Counted from the stretch's first letter, positions 1 to 9,415 are shown. The stretch is 64,000 nt of DNA from an uncultured archaeon (GCA_964584335.1 CAZOZN010000001.1:275882-339881), one strand, 5' to 3'. Notes: generated from the letters alone by a model not told the origin. Numbers and translations are program-made.

Positions 1-795
1 AAGTGCGGAAAGTTCAACTATTATTAGGTTGTTTTTTAATAGCTCGCCCGGTGTGGCAAAATAACCAATCCAGAGAACCATTATAATGTATATTAATGTC
101 GTAAAAATAAGGCCTGATATTATACCTTTCGGTATTTGTTTTTTTGGGTCGGTAAGTTCTCCTGACATTCCAATACCGCTCATGAGTCCGGTCACGGCCG
201 GGAAAAATATCGCGAAAAGAGACCAGAATGGTATGCCTTCGACCGAATTGATAATAGGAACCGATATGTTTCTACCTATTGGGTTTGCTCCGATGAAAAT
301 TAATATCAAAACAAGACATATAAGAGCAAAAACCGCTATCTGTACTTTTACAGCTATCCTTGTACTAACCGAAACCAGCATGAAAAGAACGAGAAATGCT
401 CCAAAAGCCACGATTAATTTATCGTGTTCCGGGAACATGAATGTCCATGCTTCAGTAAAACCAAAGATGTAAAGTCCCACTGAAAAAGTCTGTGCAAGAA
501 ACAGAGGTATCCCCACGCTTCCTCCTACCTCAAGGCCCAGTGTTTTTGTTATTATCGAATAGGCTCCTCCTGCTCCTATTCTTATGTTGCTTGCTATAGA
601 GCTTAGAGATAGTCCGGTAGATAGTGTAACGGAAACTGCGAGAAGTATTATTATTATTGCTCCTCCGATACCCGCCCCGCCTACAATAAAACCGAGCCTT
701 AGGAAAAGAATGACTCCTATTATGCTAAGAAAGGTTGGAACGAATACACCGGAGAAGGCGTTAAAACTTCTTGAACCAGTTTTTTTATCGGCCAT
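1..795 (-). CDS. Amino acid permease / cation-chloride cotransporter (SLC12-like), partial, runs off window start
   Basis: Manual minus-strand translation from ATG at 795: MADKKTGSRSFNAFSGVFVPTFLSIIGVILFLRLGFIVGGAG...GGAYSII...FFPAVTGLMSG, the typical CCC-family motifs. Absent from the ORF track because truncated. Confidence 0.85.
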   Translation of the reverse strand, partial: MADKKTGSRSFNAFSGVFVPTFLSIIGVILFLRLGFIVGGAGIGGAIIIILLAVSVTLSTGLSLSSIASNIRIGAGGAYSIITKTLGLEVGGSVGIPLFLAQTFSVGLYIFGFTEAWTFMFPEHDKLIVAFGAFLVLFMLVSVSTRIAVKVQIAVFALICLVLILIFIGANPIGRNISVPIINSVEGIPFWSLFAIFFPAVTGLMSGIGMSGELTDPKKQIPKGIISGLIFTTLIYIIMVLWIGYFATPGELLKNNLIIVELSAL

Positions 796-862
796 AAATA
801 TTCCTTTTATTATTTAATTTGTTTAAATAATATTCTAGTTTGTTTTTAAAAAAGAATATTTT

Positions 863-1057
863 TTATAAAGGTTCCTTAAGCTTGCTAAGGCCGTACGCTC
901 TTTTGCATCCGTGACAGTACAGACCGCTTTCGAACATTGGTTCAAGAGTCATTGCATCTATGTCGCCGTCAGAGAAGTCACGTGCATAGTTCCAGGGCTC
1001 GTAAGGCACTTCATGCCCCTCAGGACATATCATGTGTTCATTGTTTCCTGTTTTCAT
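863..1057 (-). CDS. Small putative zinc-binding protein
   Basis: 64 aa with CPEGH...CHGC; GGTGA and a TATA-like sequence upstream. Confidence 0.55.
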   Translation of the reverse strand: MKTGNNEHMICPEGHEVPYEPWNYARDFSDGDIDAMTLEPMFESGLYCHGCKRAYGLSKLKEPL

Positions 1058-1100
1058 CTTATCAGTTAGATTAGGTGAGAAAAAGATTTAAGCATATTAC

Positions 1101-3101
1101 CTACAATTCAATAATTTTTCCATTCATTTTGTAATTCTTTGGCATCATTACAACTCCTTTAAAAAGTTCTAGCGGGCTGTAGCTTTCTTTGAACGATTCA
1201 AGATAATATCTATTTTTCAAAACAGAAACTCTTCTCTTATGCTTGACTTTTATTTTATCTTTTGAGTCTCCGTTAAAATGGTATCTCATCTCCCTGCTCA
1301 TTCTGCTGTAATTGTCGTTGTTGTAAATAATGTATTCCGCTCCCTCTTTCTTTGCCCATTTCTTCACTGTTTCTGCAACATATTCGCCTACAGAATAGTC
1401 ATTTACCCCGTCTTTGTCATCAAGAGTGTCATGGCTTCCTTCAAACGAATCAATTACTATACAATCTTTGCCTTTGTATTTCGCTTTTGCAGCGACGGCC
1501 CTCAACATTCTCTTATTGTTTCTGTGAAAATCTATCATTTCTACATTCGGGTCTGTTATGTATTCGGGACCTTGCTGAGGCATTGTACAGCAATAAAGTT
1601 CTTCATCCAAACCCATATCCTTTCTCGGGTCTCTGTCCCATTTCTTTGCAACTATCTTTTTTGTGTTAGAAAAGTAATTTGCAATCATGTATTGGTCTTC
1701 CGGTTCTTCTAGAAGATAAATTAGGTCTTCTATTCTATTCATTTCTCTTTCTCCTGCAGAGGGATCTATATTATTATAAATTATTTCGAGAGCTTCCTTG
1801 TGTTTATTGTCATCTATTTTCTTTCCTTTCAAAAGACCGTTTTTTCTTATTTCGTGGAAAATATTTTTTGGGTCCTTGCCTCCAAGAATTCCTGGATTAT
1901 TTCTGAGAACGTATCTTTCCATTTTCTTTGATTCTTTTATTGGGTCAAATTCAGAAATTTTTTCTGTTTTTTTCTTTTCTATATCATATATTGATAAGAT
2001 TTCTGGTTCTGCCCATTTTTTATAATAATCGTCTGTAAGTACTTTTACCAAAAGTTTTTTATTTTCTGTTTTTTCAATAGCTTCCTTTACAAAAGGATAG
2101 TACGGAGAATTTTCCCTTATTTCGTTTGTCTTTTTAACAAAATTTTTGATGGAATTTTTTGTAATAGGTATTCCGTCTTTTGAATTGTAAAGACCGGTTA
2201 TACCATTAAACCCTACTAAACCACATCGAGCTGCTGTAAGACCCATATCACCGTCAAGATAACTGTTTACAGCCAGAGCTCCGAATATTCCTGCAACAGC
2301 TACATTTGGAAGACCCAATAATGCAGTTTTTTTGAATTTAATTGAATCTTCCAAATTTTCATAAATTTCCCAGTCTTTTATGAATCTGTCAAGATATTCT
2401 TCCGTTTTTTCAACATCTTCAAGTTTGCATTTGCTTATTCCGTGCATTTCCTCTTCCAATACGGGACCAATTGAGAATGCGTTTGTTTCATAACCGAATA
2501 TTGTTGCTTCGTCTTCTGTCTTTAAGTTTCTTATTTCTATGTCTAAATCATGTATTTCCTGTTCGCATGACGCAATTTTTCTTGCAAACCTGTTTGAAAA
2601 ATTTTCTGCATAAACTCCTTTTCCTTTTCCGGGATAAGTTACGTCAAGAGCTATTGCCATTTTAGGTGAATCGTATCTTCTATCAATATAATTTTTTGCG
2701 CCTGCTCCCAACCCCATTCCACATTCTTTTTCCTCGTCAACTGTAAATAAAAAAGTAGTTCCGCTGTCTACCGGCGCTTTTTGTGCCAGTCCCACGTTTA
2801 TTGCATCACCAACAGAATTATCTAAAGTCCCCTCAAATTCTACACCGCTCTTTGTGTTTTTTGATTTGAAGGAGTAGTCTTTTTTGTTTTCCCATACTGT
2901 ATCCATATGCGATGAAATGAGTAAGGATGAAGATTTTCCTTTGGTGAATATTACGTTTCCAAAATCGTCTTCTCTGACCAGACCTTCAGGTATATTTGAA
3001 AGGTCATTTATAATCAAATCTCTTCTGGGTCCTTCATCTACATAGAAGGGAGCCTTGGTATATTTCTTTATTCTTTTAATCATTTGATTCAATTCCCACA
3101 C
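1101..3101 (-). CDS. M20/M28/M42-like metallopeptidase domain fused via a hydrophobic segment to an unknown C-terminal domain
   Basis: Metal-ligand motifs SHMDTV, LDNSVG, VDEE, ALDVT and MHG in the first ~245 aa; hydrophobic stretch ~260-305; C-terminal ~350 aa unassigned. Confidence 0.7.
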   Translation of the reverse strand: MWELNQMIKRIKKYTKAPFYVDEGPRRDLIINDLSNIPEGLVREDDFGNVIFTKGKSSSLLISSHMDTVWENKKDYSFKSKNTKSGVEFEGTLDNSVGDAINVGLAQKAPVDSGTTFLFTVDEEKECGMGLGAGAKNYIDRRYDSPKMAIALDVTYPGKGKGVYAENFSNRFARKIASCEQEIHDLDIEIRNLKTEDEATIFGYETNAFSIGPVLEEEMHGISKCKLEDVEKTEEYLDRFIKDWEIYENLEDSIKFKKTALLGLPNVAVAGIFGALAVNSYLDGDMGLTAARCGLVGFNGITGLYNSKDGIPITKNSIKNFVKKTNEIRENSPYYPFVKEAIEKTENKKLLVKVLTDDYYKKWAEPEILSIYDIEKKKTEKISEFDPIKESKKMERYVLRNNPGILGGKDPKNIFHEIRKNGLLKGKKIDDNKHKEALEIIYNNIDPSAGEREMNRIEDLIYLLEEPEDQYMIANYFSNTKKIVAKKWDRDPRKDMGLDEELYCCTMPQQGPEYITDPNVEMIDFHRNNKRMLRAVAAKAKYKGKDCIVIDSFEGSHDTLDDKDGVNDYSVGEYVAETVKKWAKKEGAEYIIYNNDNYSRMSREMRYHFNGDSKDKIKVKHKRRVSVLKNRYYLESFKESYSPLELFKGVVMMPKNYKMNGKIIEL

Positions 3102-3189
3102 CTTATTTTCACTATATGGTAGTTATACAAATAAAGTAGAAAGCTTAAATACTTTTCGTTACTTATATATAGTAACATAAGGTGCTTTA

Positions 3190-3630
3190 ATGGTTACACT
3201 TGGTGAGACAAAGGAAATTTTAAAGAAATTGGGGGCTAAGAATTATAATTTTGAATATGTGGGAACTCCCGATGGAATAGAGGTAATTGATTCGAATGCC
3301 AGTCCTGAGGAAAATAAAGTCAGGATGCTTTTTTCTTCATCAAACATTGACGAACTTACAAAGGAGAAAAGTATAACACTAAAGCCCCGGGATGGTGGTG
3401 ATGTTTATTCCACCGGCCCTTTTGGTTATATTCACATATCTCCTAAAAAGGGAATAATTGACCTGGAGAAATTTGATGACAACTACGTTTTAAAGGTTGG
3501 TGACATAGCCAAGGAATACGGCCTTAGATTTGATGAAAATCTGGCTGAAGCCTATTCTGATGCTGTAAACAGAGAAATGGAAAGGTACGAAAGTTTTGGC
3601 AAGTTTCTTGATAGAATAGAGAAGGATTAA
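3190..3630 (+). CDS. Hypothetical protein
   Basis: 146-aa ORF with AAGGTG SD-like site; no recognisable motif. Confidence 0.65.
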   Translation: MVTLGETKEILKKLGAKNYNFEYVGTPDGIEVIDSNASPEENKVRMLFSSSNIDELTKEKSITLKPRDGGDVYSTGPFGYIHISPKKGIIDLEKFDDNYVLKVGDIAKEYGLRFDENLAEAYSDAVNREMERYESFGKFLDRIEKD

Positions 3631-3660
3631 TTTTTTAAATAGTCAAAACAAACTGTTTTT

Positions 3661-4476
3661 ATGGTAGAACATTCAAAGGTTGTTAAAGAAGGCTTTAAAT
3701 TTTCTTTGGACCCAAAGAGATGGCTTCCTTTTTTTGTAACCGACTCTTTGTTTTTCATGATAGTTATTGGTTATGTTCTGATTAATCTTTTTAAGATGAA
3801 ATTTATTTTTTCAAAGGGAATAAATGAATTCTTGATGTTTTCTTCTGTTCTTGGAATGATGACTGTTCTGTTTTTTGTTTTAATCTTGTATGCCCTGGTA
3901 AGAATTTATATACAGGGTGCGCTAATACACCAGTCTATTAAACCAAAAGAATTCGACAAAAGCTGGACCATATCCAAGAAAAGGTATCTTTCTTTATTGG
4001 CAACGGTCTTTATGATAGCTTTAATATCATCTCTTGTAGGCATGGTACCTTATATAGGCTGGATTTTTTCTATAATAGTTAGCCTTGTTTTCTTTTTTGC
4101 TTTGCCTGCTGTTATATTGGATAAAATTGGATTCAGCGATGCTTTATCCAAATCTTACAATATTTTCAGGAAAAAGGCTGGCGATGTTTTTGTTGTATGG
4201 CTTATTATAGCAACTGTTTCGATGGTAATATTTTTCATATTTTCAATACCATTGTTTTCCGTCTTATTTACGATGTTCTTTCCTTTCATTATAGGGGCTA
4301 GGAATTCTATGGGTCCTGAAGTTATTTCGCTCTTGGTATCGGGAGTATGGATATTGGTTCCGTCATTTGTAATATTGTTTATAGGAAACTCTGTAAGCAA
4401 GGTTTTTGGTATTTACGCTATTTCCAATTTTTATCAGGAATTTAAGAAAAAGTCAAAAAGAAAGAGAAAAAAATAA
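3661..4476 (+). CDS. Polytopic membrane protein (GDPD-membrane-domain-like family)
   Basis: About 6 TM segments; ALxxSxxI pattern typical of this membrane family. Confidence 0.65.
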   Translation: MVEHSKVVKEGFKFSLDPKRWLPFFVTDSLFFMIVIGYVLINLFKMKFIFSKGINEFLMFSSVLGMMTVLFFVLILYALVRIYIQGALIHQSIKPKEFDKSWTISKKRYLSLLATVFMIALISSLVGMVPYIGWIFSIIVSLVFFFALPAVILDKIGFSDALSKSYNIFRKKAGDVFVVWLIIATVSMVIFFIFSIPLFSVLFTMFFPFIIGARNSMGPEVISLLVSGVWILVPSFVILFIGNSVSKVFGIYAISNFYQEFKKKSKRKRKK

Positions 4477-4541
4477 TTTATTTCTAAAAATTAATTCTTG
4501 ATTAATGTTAATTTTATAAAGGGATGTGAGAATATCTTAGT

Positions 4542-4832
4542 ATGACTAGAGGTGTTTTCAGTACAATTCTTGTTTTGGCTCTGGGCATTATCATGGTTTT
4601 GCCCTCTGATTTTAACTTGGTTGTCATGATAATAGAATTTATCTCTTATCCTGTTTGCCAGTACGAGTTCAACAAGATTTTTTGCGAACAAATACCTCTT
4701 CTTGTTTTGATTATAAAGGTTATAGGTGTTTTGATAATCATTAGCGGTATACTAAGCATATACAACATAAAAAAACAGAAGAAGCCCCCAAAGGAAAAAA
4801 AAGGCGAACAGAACCGGATACGAGAAGATTAG
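4542..4832 (+). CDS. Small membrane protein
   Basis: 2 TM segments, basic tail. Confidence 0.6.
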   Translation: MTRGVFSTILVLALGIIMVLPSDFNLVVMIIEFISYPVCQYEFNKIFCEQIPLLVLIIKVIGVLIIISGILSIYNIKKQKKPPKEKKGEQNRIRED

Positions 4833-4874
4833 ATTTATTTTTAAATTCTAAAATTAAAAATTAATTGTGTAAAA

Positions 4875-5204
4875 ATGATTAGAGGATACCTTTATAGAAA
4901 ATTTATAGAAAAAAAGAAAAGAAAAAAGAAGAAAACAAAGAAAAATAAATCTGCAAGGAAGAAAAAGATAAAGAAGAGACCAAAAAAGGAAATGCATAAT
5001 GTACATGAAAACCCAAGCTTATTCGCGGGTATAATAATCGGTCTTTTGGGTGGTGTTTTAGGAAATCTTTTTGTTCTCTCGTCTCAGGGCTTTATGAATA
5101 CTCTTAGCATTGGCAACGAATTCTTGATTTTGGCTGTATCCCTTGGCGGTTTTGTTGTTGTAATCTGGTTTTTGTTCTCATTATTGAGAAAGTCTATGTA
5201 TTAG
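4875..5204 (+). CDS. Small membrane protein with Lys-rich N-terminus
   Basis: MIRGYLYRK followed by a poly-basic run and 2 TM segments. Confidence 0.6.
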   Translation: MIRGYLYRKFIEKKKRKKKKTKKNKSARKKKIKKRPKKEMHNVHENPSLFAGIIIGLLGGVLGNLFVLSSQGFMNTLSIGNEFLILAVSLGGFVVVIWFLFSLLRKSMY

Positions 5205-5211
5205 TGATAAT

Positions 5212-5472
5212 ATGCTTAAGGGTTATCTATACAGAAAAATTAAAAAAATGGAAAAGATATGCTCTCTTTGTGGCAGGCGCATAGGTTTTCTCACAAAACA
5301 CAAGAAACTTTATGGAAAGAGGTACGTATGCGGCGATTGTTTAATGAGAGAGAAAGAGGAATATAAGAAAAAAGAAAATATAGACAGCAAGGCGAGAATA
5401 GAGAACGAAAAGAAATTCAGGAAAATTCTGCATAAAAAATTGAAGGAAGTTAATAGCAAGTACGGGGATTAA
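5212..5472 (+). CDS. Small zinc-finger protein
   Basis: CSLC...CGDC motif; N-terminus MLKGYLYRK. Confidence 0.6.
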   Translation: MLKGYLYRKIKKMEKICSLCGRRIGFLTKHKKLYGKRYVCGDCLMREKEEYKKKENIDSKARIENEKKFRKILHKKLKEVNSKYGD

Positions 5473-5527
5473 TGAACTATTTAAATAAAAATATTCTTAT
5501 TATTTTATCTTAAAAGAGGGGATATAA

Positions 5528-5731
5528 TTGATAAAAGAAAGGTTTATTCTTGGGTCGTTTTTCTTATTTTTGGGTGTTATGGTATATTTCATAGCGGCAG
5601 ACTGGAATATGGTTAATACTTTTAGTTCTGGAGGCCTTATAGTGGGCCTTATTGTTGCGGGAATAGCTTATATTATTTTTTCTTTTGAAACCTCTGAATA
5701 TCTTAAAAAAATAGAAGACAAGAAAAAATAA
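5528..5731 (+). CDS. Small membrane protein
   Basis: 2 TM segments; GAGGGG upstream of TTG. Confidence 0.55.
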   Translation: MIKERFILGSFFLFLGVMVYFIAADWNMVNTFSSGGLIVGLIVAGIAYIIFSFETSEYLKKIEDKKK

Positions 5732-5761
5732 AGATTTTAATTGTAAAGACTTAAACTTATT

Positions 5762-6091
5762 ATGAAAATTAGTAAGGAAGATGCAGCAAAGATAATTTTT
5801 GTTACTGGAATATTTTTTTTGATACTCAGCATAAGCTTTGACCTTATTTACTTTGCTATTTTTATAGGTATTATTGGTGTTTCCCTTTTCCTCTATATAA
5901 ACAGGAAAGATTTTGATAATGAAATGGTTATGGTAGGAATTATGATGGGTTATTTTTTTGTATCAATAACCATGGTTATTTTTTTGAGCATACTGAAAAG
6001 TATTCCTGTTTTTATTCTTGGATTTATTGGCATTCTTCTTATAATTCTGAGCCTTCATTTAATGGGATATTTTGAAAGGCTAAAGAGGTAA
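5762..6091 (+). CDS. Small membrane protein (about 4 TM)
   Basis: Highly hydrophobic 109-aa ORF. Confidence 0.6.
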   Translation: MKISKEDAAKIIFVTGIFFLILSISFDLIYFAIFIGIIGVSLFLYINRKDFDNEMVMVGIMMGYFFVSITMVIFLSILKSIPVFILGFIGILLIILSLHLMGYFERLKR

Positions 6092-6601
6092 GTTTTTTAC
6101 CAGAGAGTACACTTCGTTCCATTCCACTATGCCCAAAACCAATATTATAAAAAAAAGTGACAGCAATATAACTGGCATGAACGGATATTTTTCACCCTTG
6201 CCGAATAATTTTAGAGGGAAAACTCCTATTTTGTTTACAAGCAATAGGAATATATAAAAAAGTACTATGTATGGTATATCCAATACAGAACATACTGCTG
6301 TTATTGCTATTACGTCGGCTCTGGCCAGGGAAAATATATGCCCCGTTCCCTTCCAAGACAGAATGCCTAGAACCAGTATCAGTAGCCATTTAACCCAAAA
6401 AAACTCGATTCCCGTTGAATAGTCATGCCAAAGCATTATGCCTGTGAATCCAATCCACATAGTCATGAATTCCGCCTTTATTGTCATCTTTCTCAGGTCA
6501 CTTATAGATGCTATAAAAAGCGTGGAAAACATGAAACCAAGTCCGTAAACGAGTTTTAGTGATACGTCTTGGGACAGTATTCCTAGTGCATCTAAAGGCA
6601 T
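6080..6601 (-). CDS. Prepilin peptidase (A24/PibD-like)
   Basis: ASISDLRKMTI (first catalytic Asp), ARADV (GxGD-like second Asp) and YPFMP motif; multi-TM. Confidence 0.75.
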   Translation of the reverse strand: MPLDALGILSQDVSLKLVYGLGFMFSTLFIASISDLRKMTIKAEFMTMWIGFTGIMLWHDYSTGIEFFWVKWLLILVLGILSWKGTGHIFSLARADVIAITAVCSVLDIPYIVLFYIFLLLVNKIGVFPLKLFGKGEKYPFMPVILLSLFFIILVLGIVEWNEVYSLVKNLPL

Positions 6602-6649
6602 ATTAATATTAAATACTTTCTATATAAAATACAAAAGCGTGAAAAGGAC

Positions 6650-6789
6650 GGGCTCGTAGTGTAGCTTGGTCTAGCATCGGGGCTTTGGGTGTCTACCGCC
6701 TAACGGGTGCAATGACAGGAATAGCCTCAGACGGGAGTTCGAATGGTCTGCAATTTTTTGTGTTCCAGTGGTTCTCCCCGAGCCCACCA
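6650..6789 (+). tRNA. tRNA-Pro(TGG) with two introns (6690-6722 at 37/38; about 6744-6772 in the T-loop at 59/60), CCA encoded
   Basis: Acceptor stem GGGCTCG/CGAGCCC then ACCA; D-arm GTGT...GCAT; anticodon stem GGGGC/GCCTC with loop TT-TGG-G[33 nt]A; T-stem GGGAG/CTCCC with loop TTCGAA[29 nt]T. Confidence 0.9.
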
Positions 6790-6831
6790 TTTATCAAAAA
6801 GATTTATTTGATGCCGTTATAAGAATGATAT

Positions 6832-7287
6832 ATGAAAACCTTAATAGTATTTTTTTCACCCCACAAGGGAAACACAAAAAAGATAGCAAAGGTTATTGGT
6901 AAGGTTCTTAAAGCAAAGTTAATAGAACCGGATAAAATTGAAAAAGAAAAATTATCTGACTATGATTTGATTGGTTTTGGTTCCGGTATCTACATAGGAA
7001 AGCACCATAGAAAAATATTCAATTTAATAAAAAATATGCCTCTTATGATGGACAAAAAATCTTTTATTTTTTCAACTTCAGGTCAGGGTTTAAACTCAAT
7101 TGAAAGGAATCATAGAAAGTTAAGAAAAAAATTAAAAGAAAACGGATTCAAAGTTATTGGAGAGTTTTCCTGTAAAGGTTTTGATACATTCGGCCCATTA
7201 AAGTTAATTGGAGGAATAAACAAGGACAGGCCCAACAAAAAGGATTTTGAAAGGGCTGAAGAATTTGCCAGAGGTTTAAAGAAATGA
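6832..7287 (+). CDS. Flavodoxin family protein
   Basis: SPHKGNTKKIA, GFGSGIY and FSTSG FMN-binding motifs. Confidence 0.9.
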   Translation: MKTLIVFFSPHKGNTKKIAKVIGKVLKAKLIEPDKIEKEKLSDYDLIGFGSGIYIGKHHRKIFNLIKNMPLMMDKKSFIFSTSGQGLNSIERNHRKLRKKLKENGFKVIGEFSCKGFDTFGPLKLIGGINKDRPNKKDFERAEEFARGLKK

Positions 7288-7610
7288 AATTCGATTCAAA
7301 GATTTTTCTGGTTATTGGTATTGCTCTAATATTTACAGGTATAGCTTTCTTTTTTATGGAGGGAAAATTGACAAAACAAACAGTAACCGGACAGTTTATA
7401 TCCACCAATGATTGTATGGGTATTGTTCAGGGTGTGGTGGTTACTGACTACGGTAATTCCACTGATTCTATGTGTGATAATTCAAAAAAATATAACGGCA
7501 AGGTCGTTGAAGTTACCGGTTATATATATGAGCACGATTGCAAAGAAGGAGAAGGTTGTTTTGAGGCACCTTATATGAAAGACATAGAAGAAATAAGATT
7601 AGTTTATTAG
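7284..7610 (+). CDS. Membrane-anchored secreted hypothetical protein
   Basis: N-terminal TM, VTGQF motif, 4 Cys; overlaps the flavodoxin stop (ATGA). Confidence 0.6.
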   Translation: MKFDSKIFLVIGIALIFTGIAFFFMEGKLTKQTVTGQFISTNDCMGIVQGVVVTDYGNSTDSMCDNSKKYNGKVVEVTGYIYEHDCKEGEGCFEAPYMKDIEEIRLVY

Positions 7611-8248
7611 AATACCTTTGCATAAACGTAAATACCTTTTCTTGTTTCAAAAAATTTCTTTACTTCAAGTTTTTGTTTAATCAGCATCTCTTTTGTCATC
7701 TCTTTTATGTTTGATCTGCCTTTACTCGGAATGAAAAGTAACAATTTTCCTCTAGAACCTATGCAACTTCTTATCTTTTCTAGCAACTGCATAACCTTTA
7801 TTATGTCCAATTTGATTTCTATTATAACTATATCAAATTTTGTTGATATCATATTCTTGAGTTCTTCAAAAATTATGTTCTTTTTTATTATTTCGACATC
7901 GTCTTTTTCGAGAAAGCTTAAATCATCTCTTATTGTAACTAAAGTAGTGTTTCCTCCATTTCTTGCGCAGTAAAGAGGAAAACCGCCGTCACAACTTTCT
8001 ATATCTAGAACGAAATCACCTCTCTGTATCAGTTCAACTTCTTCGTCTATTTCCTTCATTTCCCAAAAACTATCCGGTGCGTCCATGTAGTTATTGTTTA
8101 AAACTTCCACCTTATCTTTTTCATTAATTGGTGTATCTGGATAAGTAACTATTTTATCATTTACCGTTACCATTCTGTTTTTCATTAGGAAGTCTATTGT
8201 TTTCTTGCTTTTTACTCCGTTTTTTATAAGATATTCATAAAGTTTCAT
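7607..8248 (-). CDS. S4 domain plus FtsJ/TlyA-like methyltransferase-fold protein
   Basis: N-terminal S4 pattern (LYEYLIKNG...VTVNDKIVTYPD), then VLDIESCDGGF (degenerate motif I). Confidence 0.7.
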   Translation of the reverse strand: MKLYEYLIKNGVKSKKTIDFLMKNRMVTVNDKIVTYPDTPINEKDKVEVLNNNYMDAPDSFWEMKEIDEEVELIQRGDFVLDIESCDGGFPLYCARNGGNTTLVTIRDDLSFLEKDDVEIIKKNIIFEELKNMISTKFDIVIIEIKLDIIKVMQLLEKIRSCIGSRGKLLLFIPSKGRSNIKEMTKEMLIKQKLEVKKFFETRKGIYVYAKVF

Positions 8249-8308
8249 GTTTTGTTCACAACTTAACTAAGGGTTAAATTTAATAAATCTTTAACAGTAA
8301 TATTCTTT

Positions 8309-8926
8309 ATGGAGGGTCGTGATTTTCTTCTGTCAAAAGATGAAATTTCAAGGCTTGAGGATTATACAAAAAATAAGGACTCTTTGGGAATATCCGATAT
8401 GGCTTGGGATAAATATAAAAATGGTTGTAGTATAGAGAGAGTCCACAACACCAGAAACTGTATTAATGTGCATTTAAAAAAGACTGACCCGCCTTACAAG
8501 TTTAAAATAAAATATGGAAGGGAGAGGAATAGGACACTTGGCAAGGCTATGTTTTTCTTTGCTCTGGGAAATCTTTCAGGAATGCCAAAAGTTGATTATA
8601 AGGTTATAATACCCGGTCTCTCAGTCAAGCATAGAAAGAACTACAAGAACAACGGTATAGAAAGAATGATGGAGGAAATAGAGAATAATATAGAAAATTA
8701 CAAGTTGCAGGATATTTCGGGAATGCCCAAAAATATTATAGGCACAGAGGATGAGTCTGTACCGGAGATAGATGAGTTTGAATACAGCGGAGACTTGAAT
8801 ATTGAAGAAGCTTTTTCTTTGACAAAAAATGTTATTAGCATTATCGAAGAGAACCCGAATCAAAATTATCAAATAATTAATAAGGAAAGAAACCACGAAG
8901 TCCCTTATGAAGATGAATTATTTTAA
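8309..8926 (+). CDS. Hypothetical protein
   Basis: 205-aa ORF, no recognised motif. Confidence 0.6.
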   Translation: MEGRDFLLSKDEISRLEDYTKNKDSLGISDMAWDKYKNGCSIERVHNTRNCINVHLKKTDPPYKFKIKYGRERNRTLGKAMFFFALGNLSGMPKVDYKVIIPGLSVKHRKNYKNNGIERMMEEIENNIENYKLQDISGMPKNIIGTEDESVPEIDEFEYSGDLNIEEAFSLTKNVISIIEENPNQNYQIINKERNHEVPYEDELF

Positions 8927-8950
8927 TAATGAATTCAATAAATAATATTT

Positions 8951-9415
8951 ATGCCCCAAAAAGTCTTGATTACCTTTCTCACTATGTTTTTTGTATGGAT
9001 AATGTTATCCGGTTTTAGTTTGGGTGAGATAATACTGGGTTCATTAGTTTCAATTGTGGTTGCCCTGGTTTCGAGTAAAGAGTTTATAAAAGGGTCTGTA
9101 AAGCCTAAGTTTCATCCGAGGAGATGGGTTTTCTTTTTTGTTTATGTCATGGTTTTTTTGGTTGCTGAAATTTATTCTCATTTAGACCTTGCTTTTAGCA
9201 TTTTAACAGGAAAGACTAACCCAAAAGTATTTGCTTTAAAGTCAAAGTTCAAGAACCCCGCATATCTAACTACAATAGGAAATTCCATAACTCTTACGCC
9301 GGGGACCCTTACTTTGGATATTAAGGGAAAAAAGATTATAACATACTGCCTTAATGAAAAATCAAAGAATATAATAAAAGTTTTTGAGGCGTTTTTGGAG
9401 AGTGTTTTCAGATGA
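8951..9415 (+). CDS. mbhA: Mrp/Mbh subunit A (MnhE-like)
   Basis: NSITLTPGTLT signature; first gene of the operon. Confidence 0.9.
   Translation: MPQKVLITFLTMFFVWIMLSGFSLGEIILGSLVSIVVALVSSKEFIKGSVKPKFHPRRWVFFFVYVMVFLVAEIYSHLDLAFSILTGKTNPKVFALKSKFKNPAYLTTIGNSITLTPGTLTLDIKGKKIITYCLNEKSKNIIKVFEAFLESVFR

Noticed and set aside
86-817. Plus-strand ORFs 86-472 and 584-817
   Set aside because: Antisense to the truncated permease gene, which carries clear family motifs
3190-6789. Orphan-rich block next to the tRNA as an integrated element
   Set aside because: No integrase, no duplicated tRNA 3' end (att site) and no viral or plasmid hallmark genes seen
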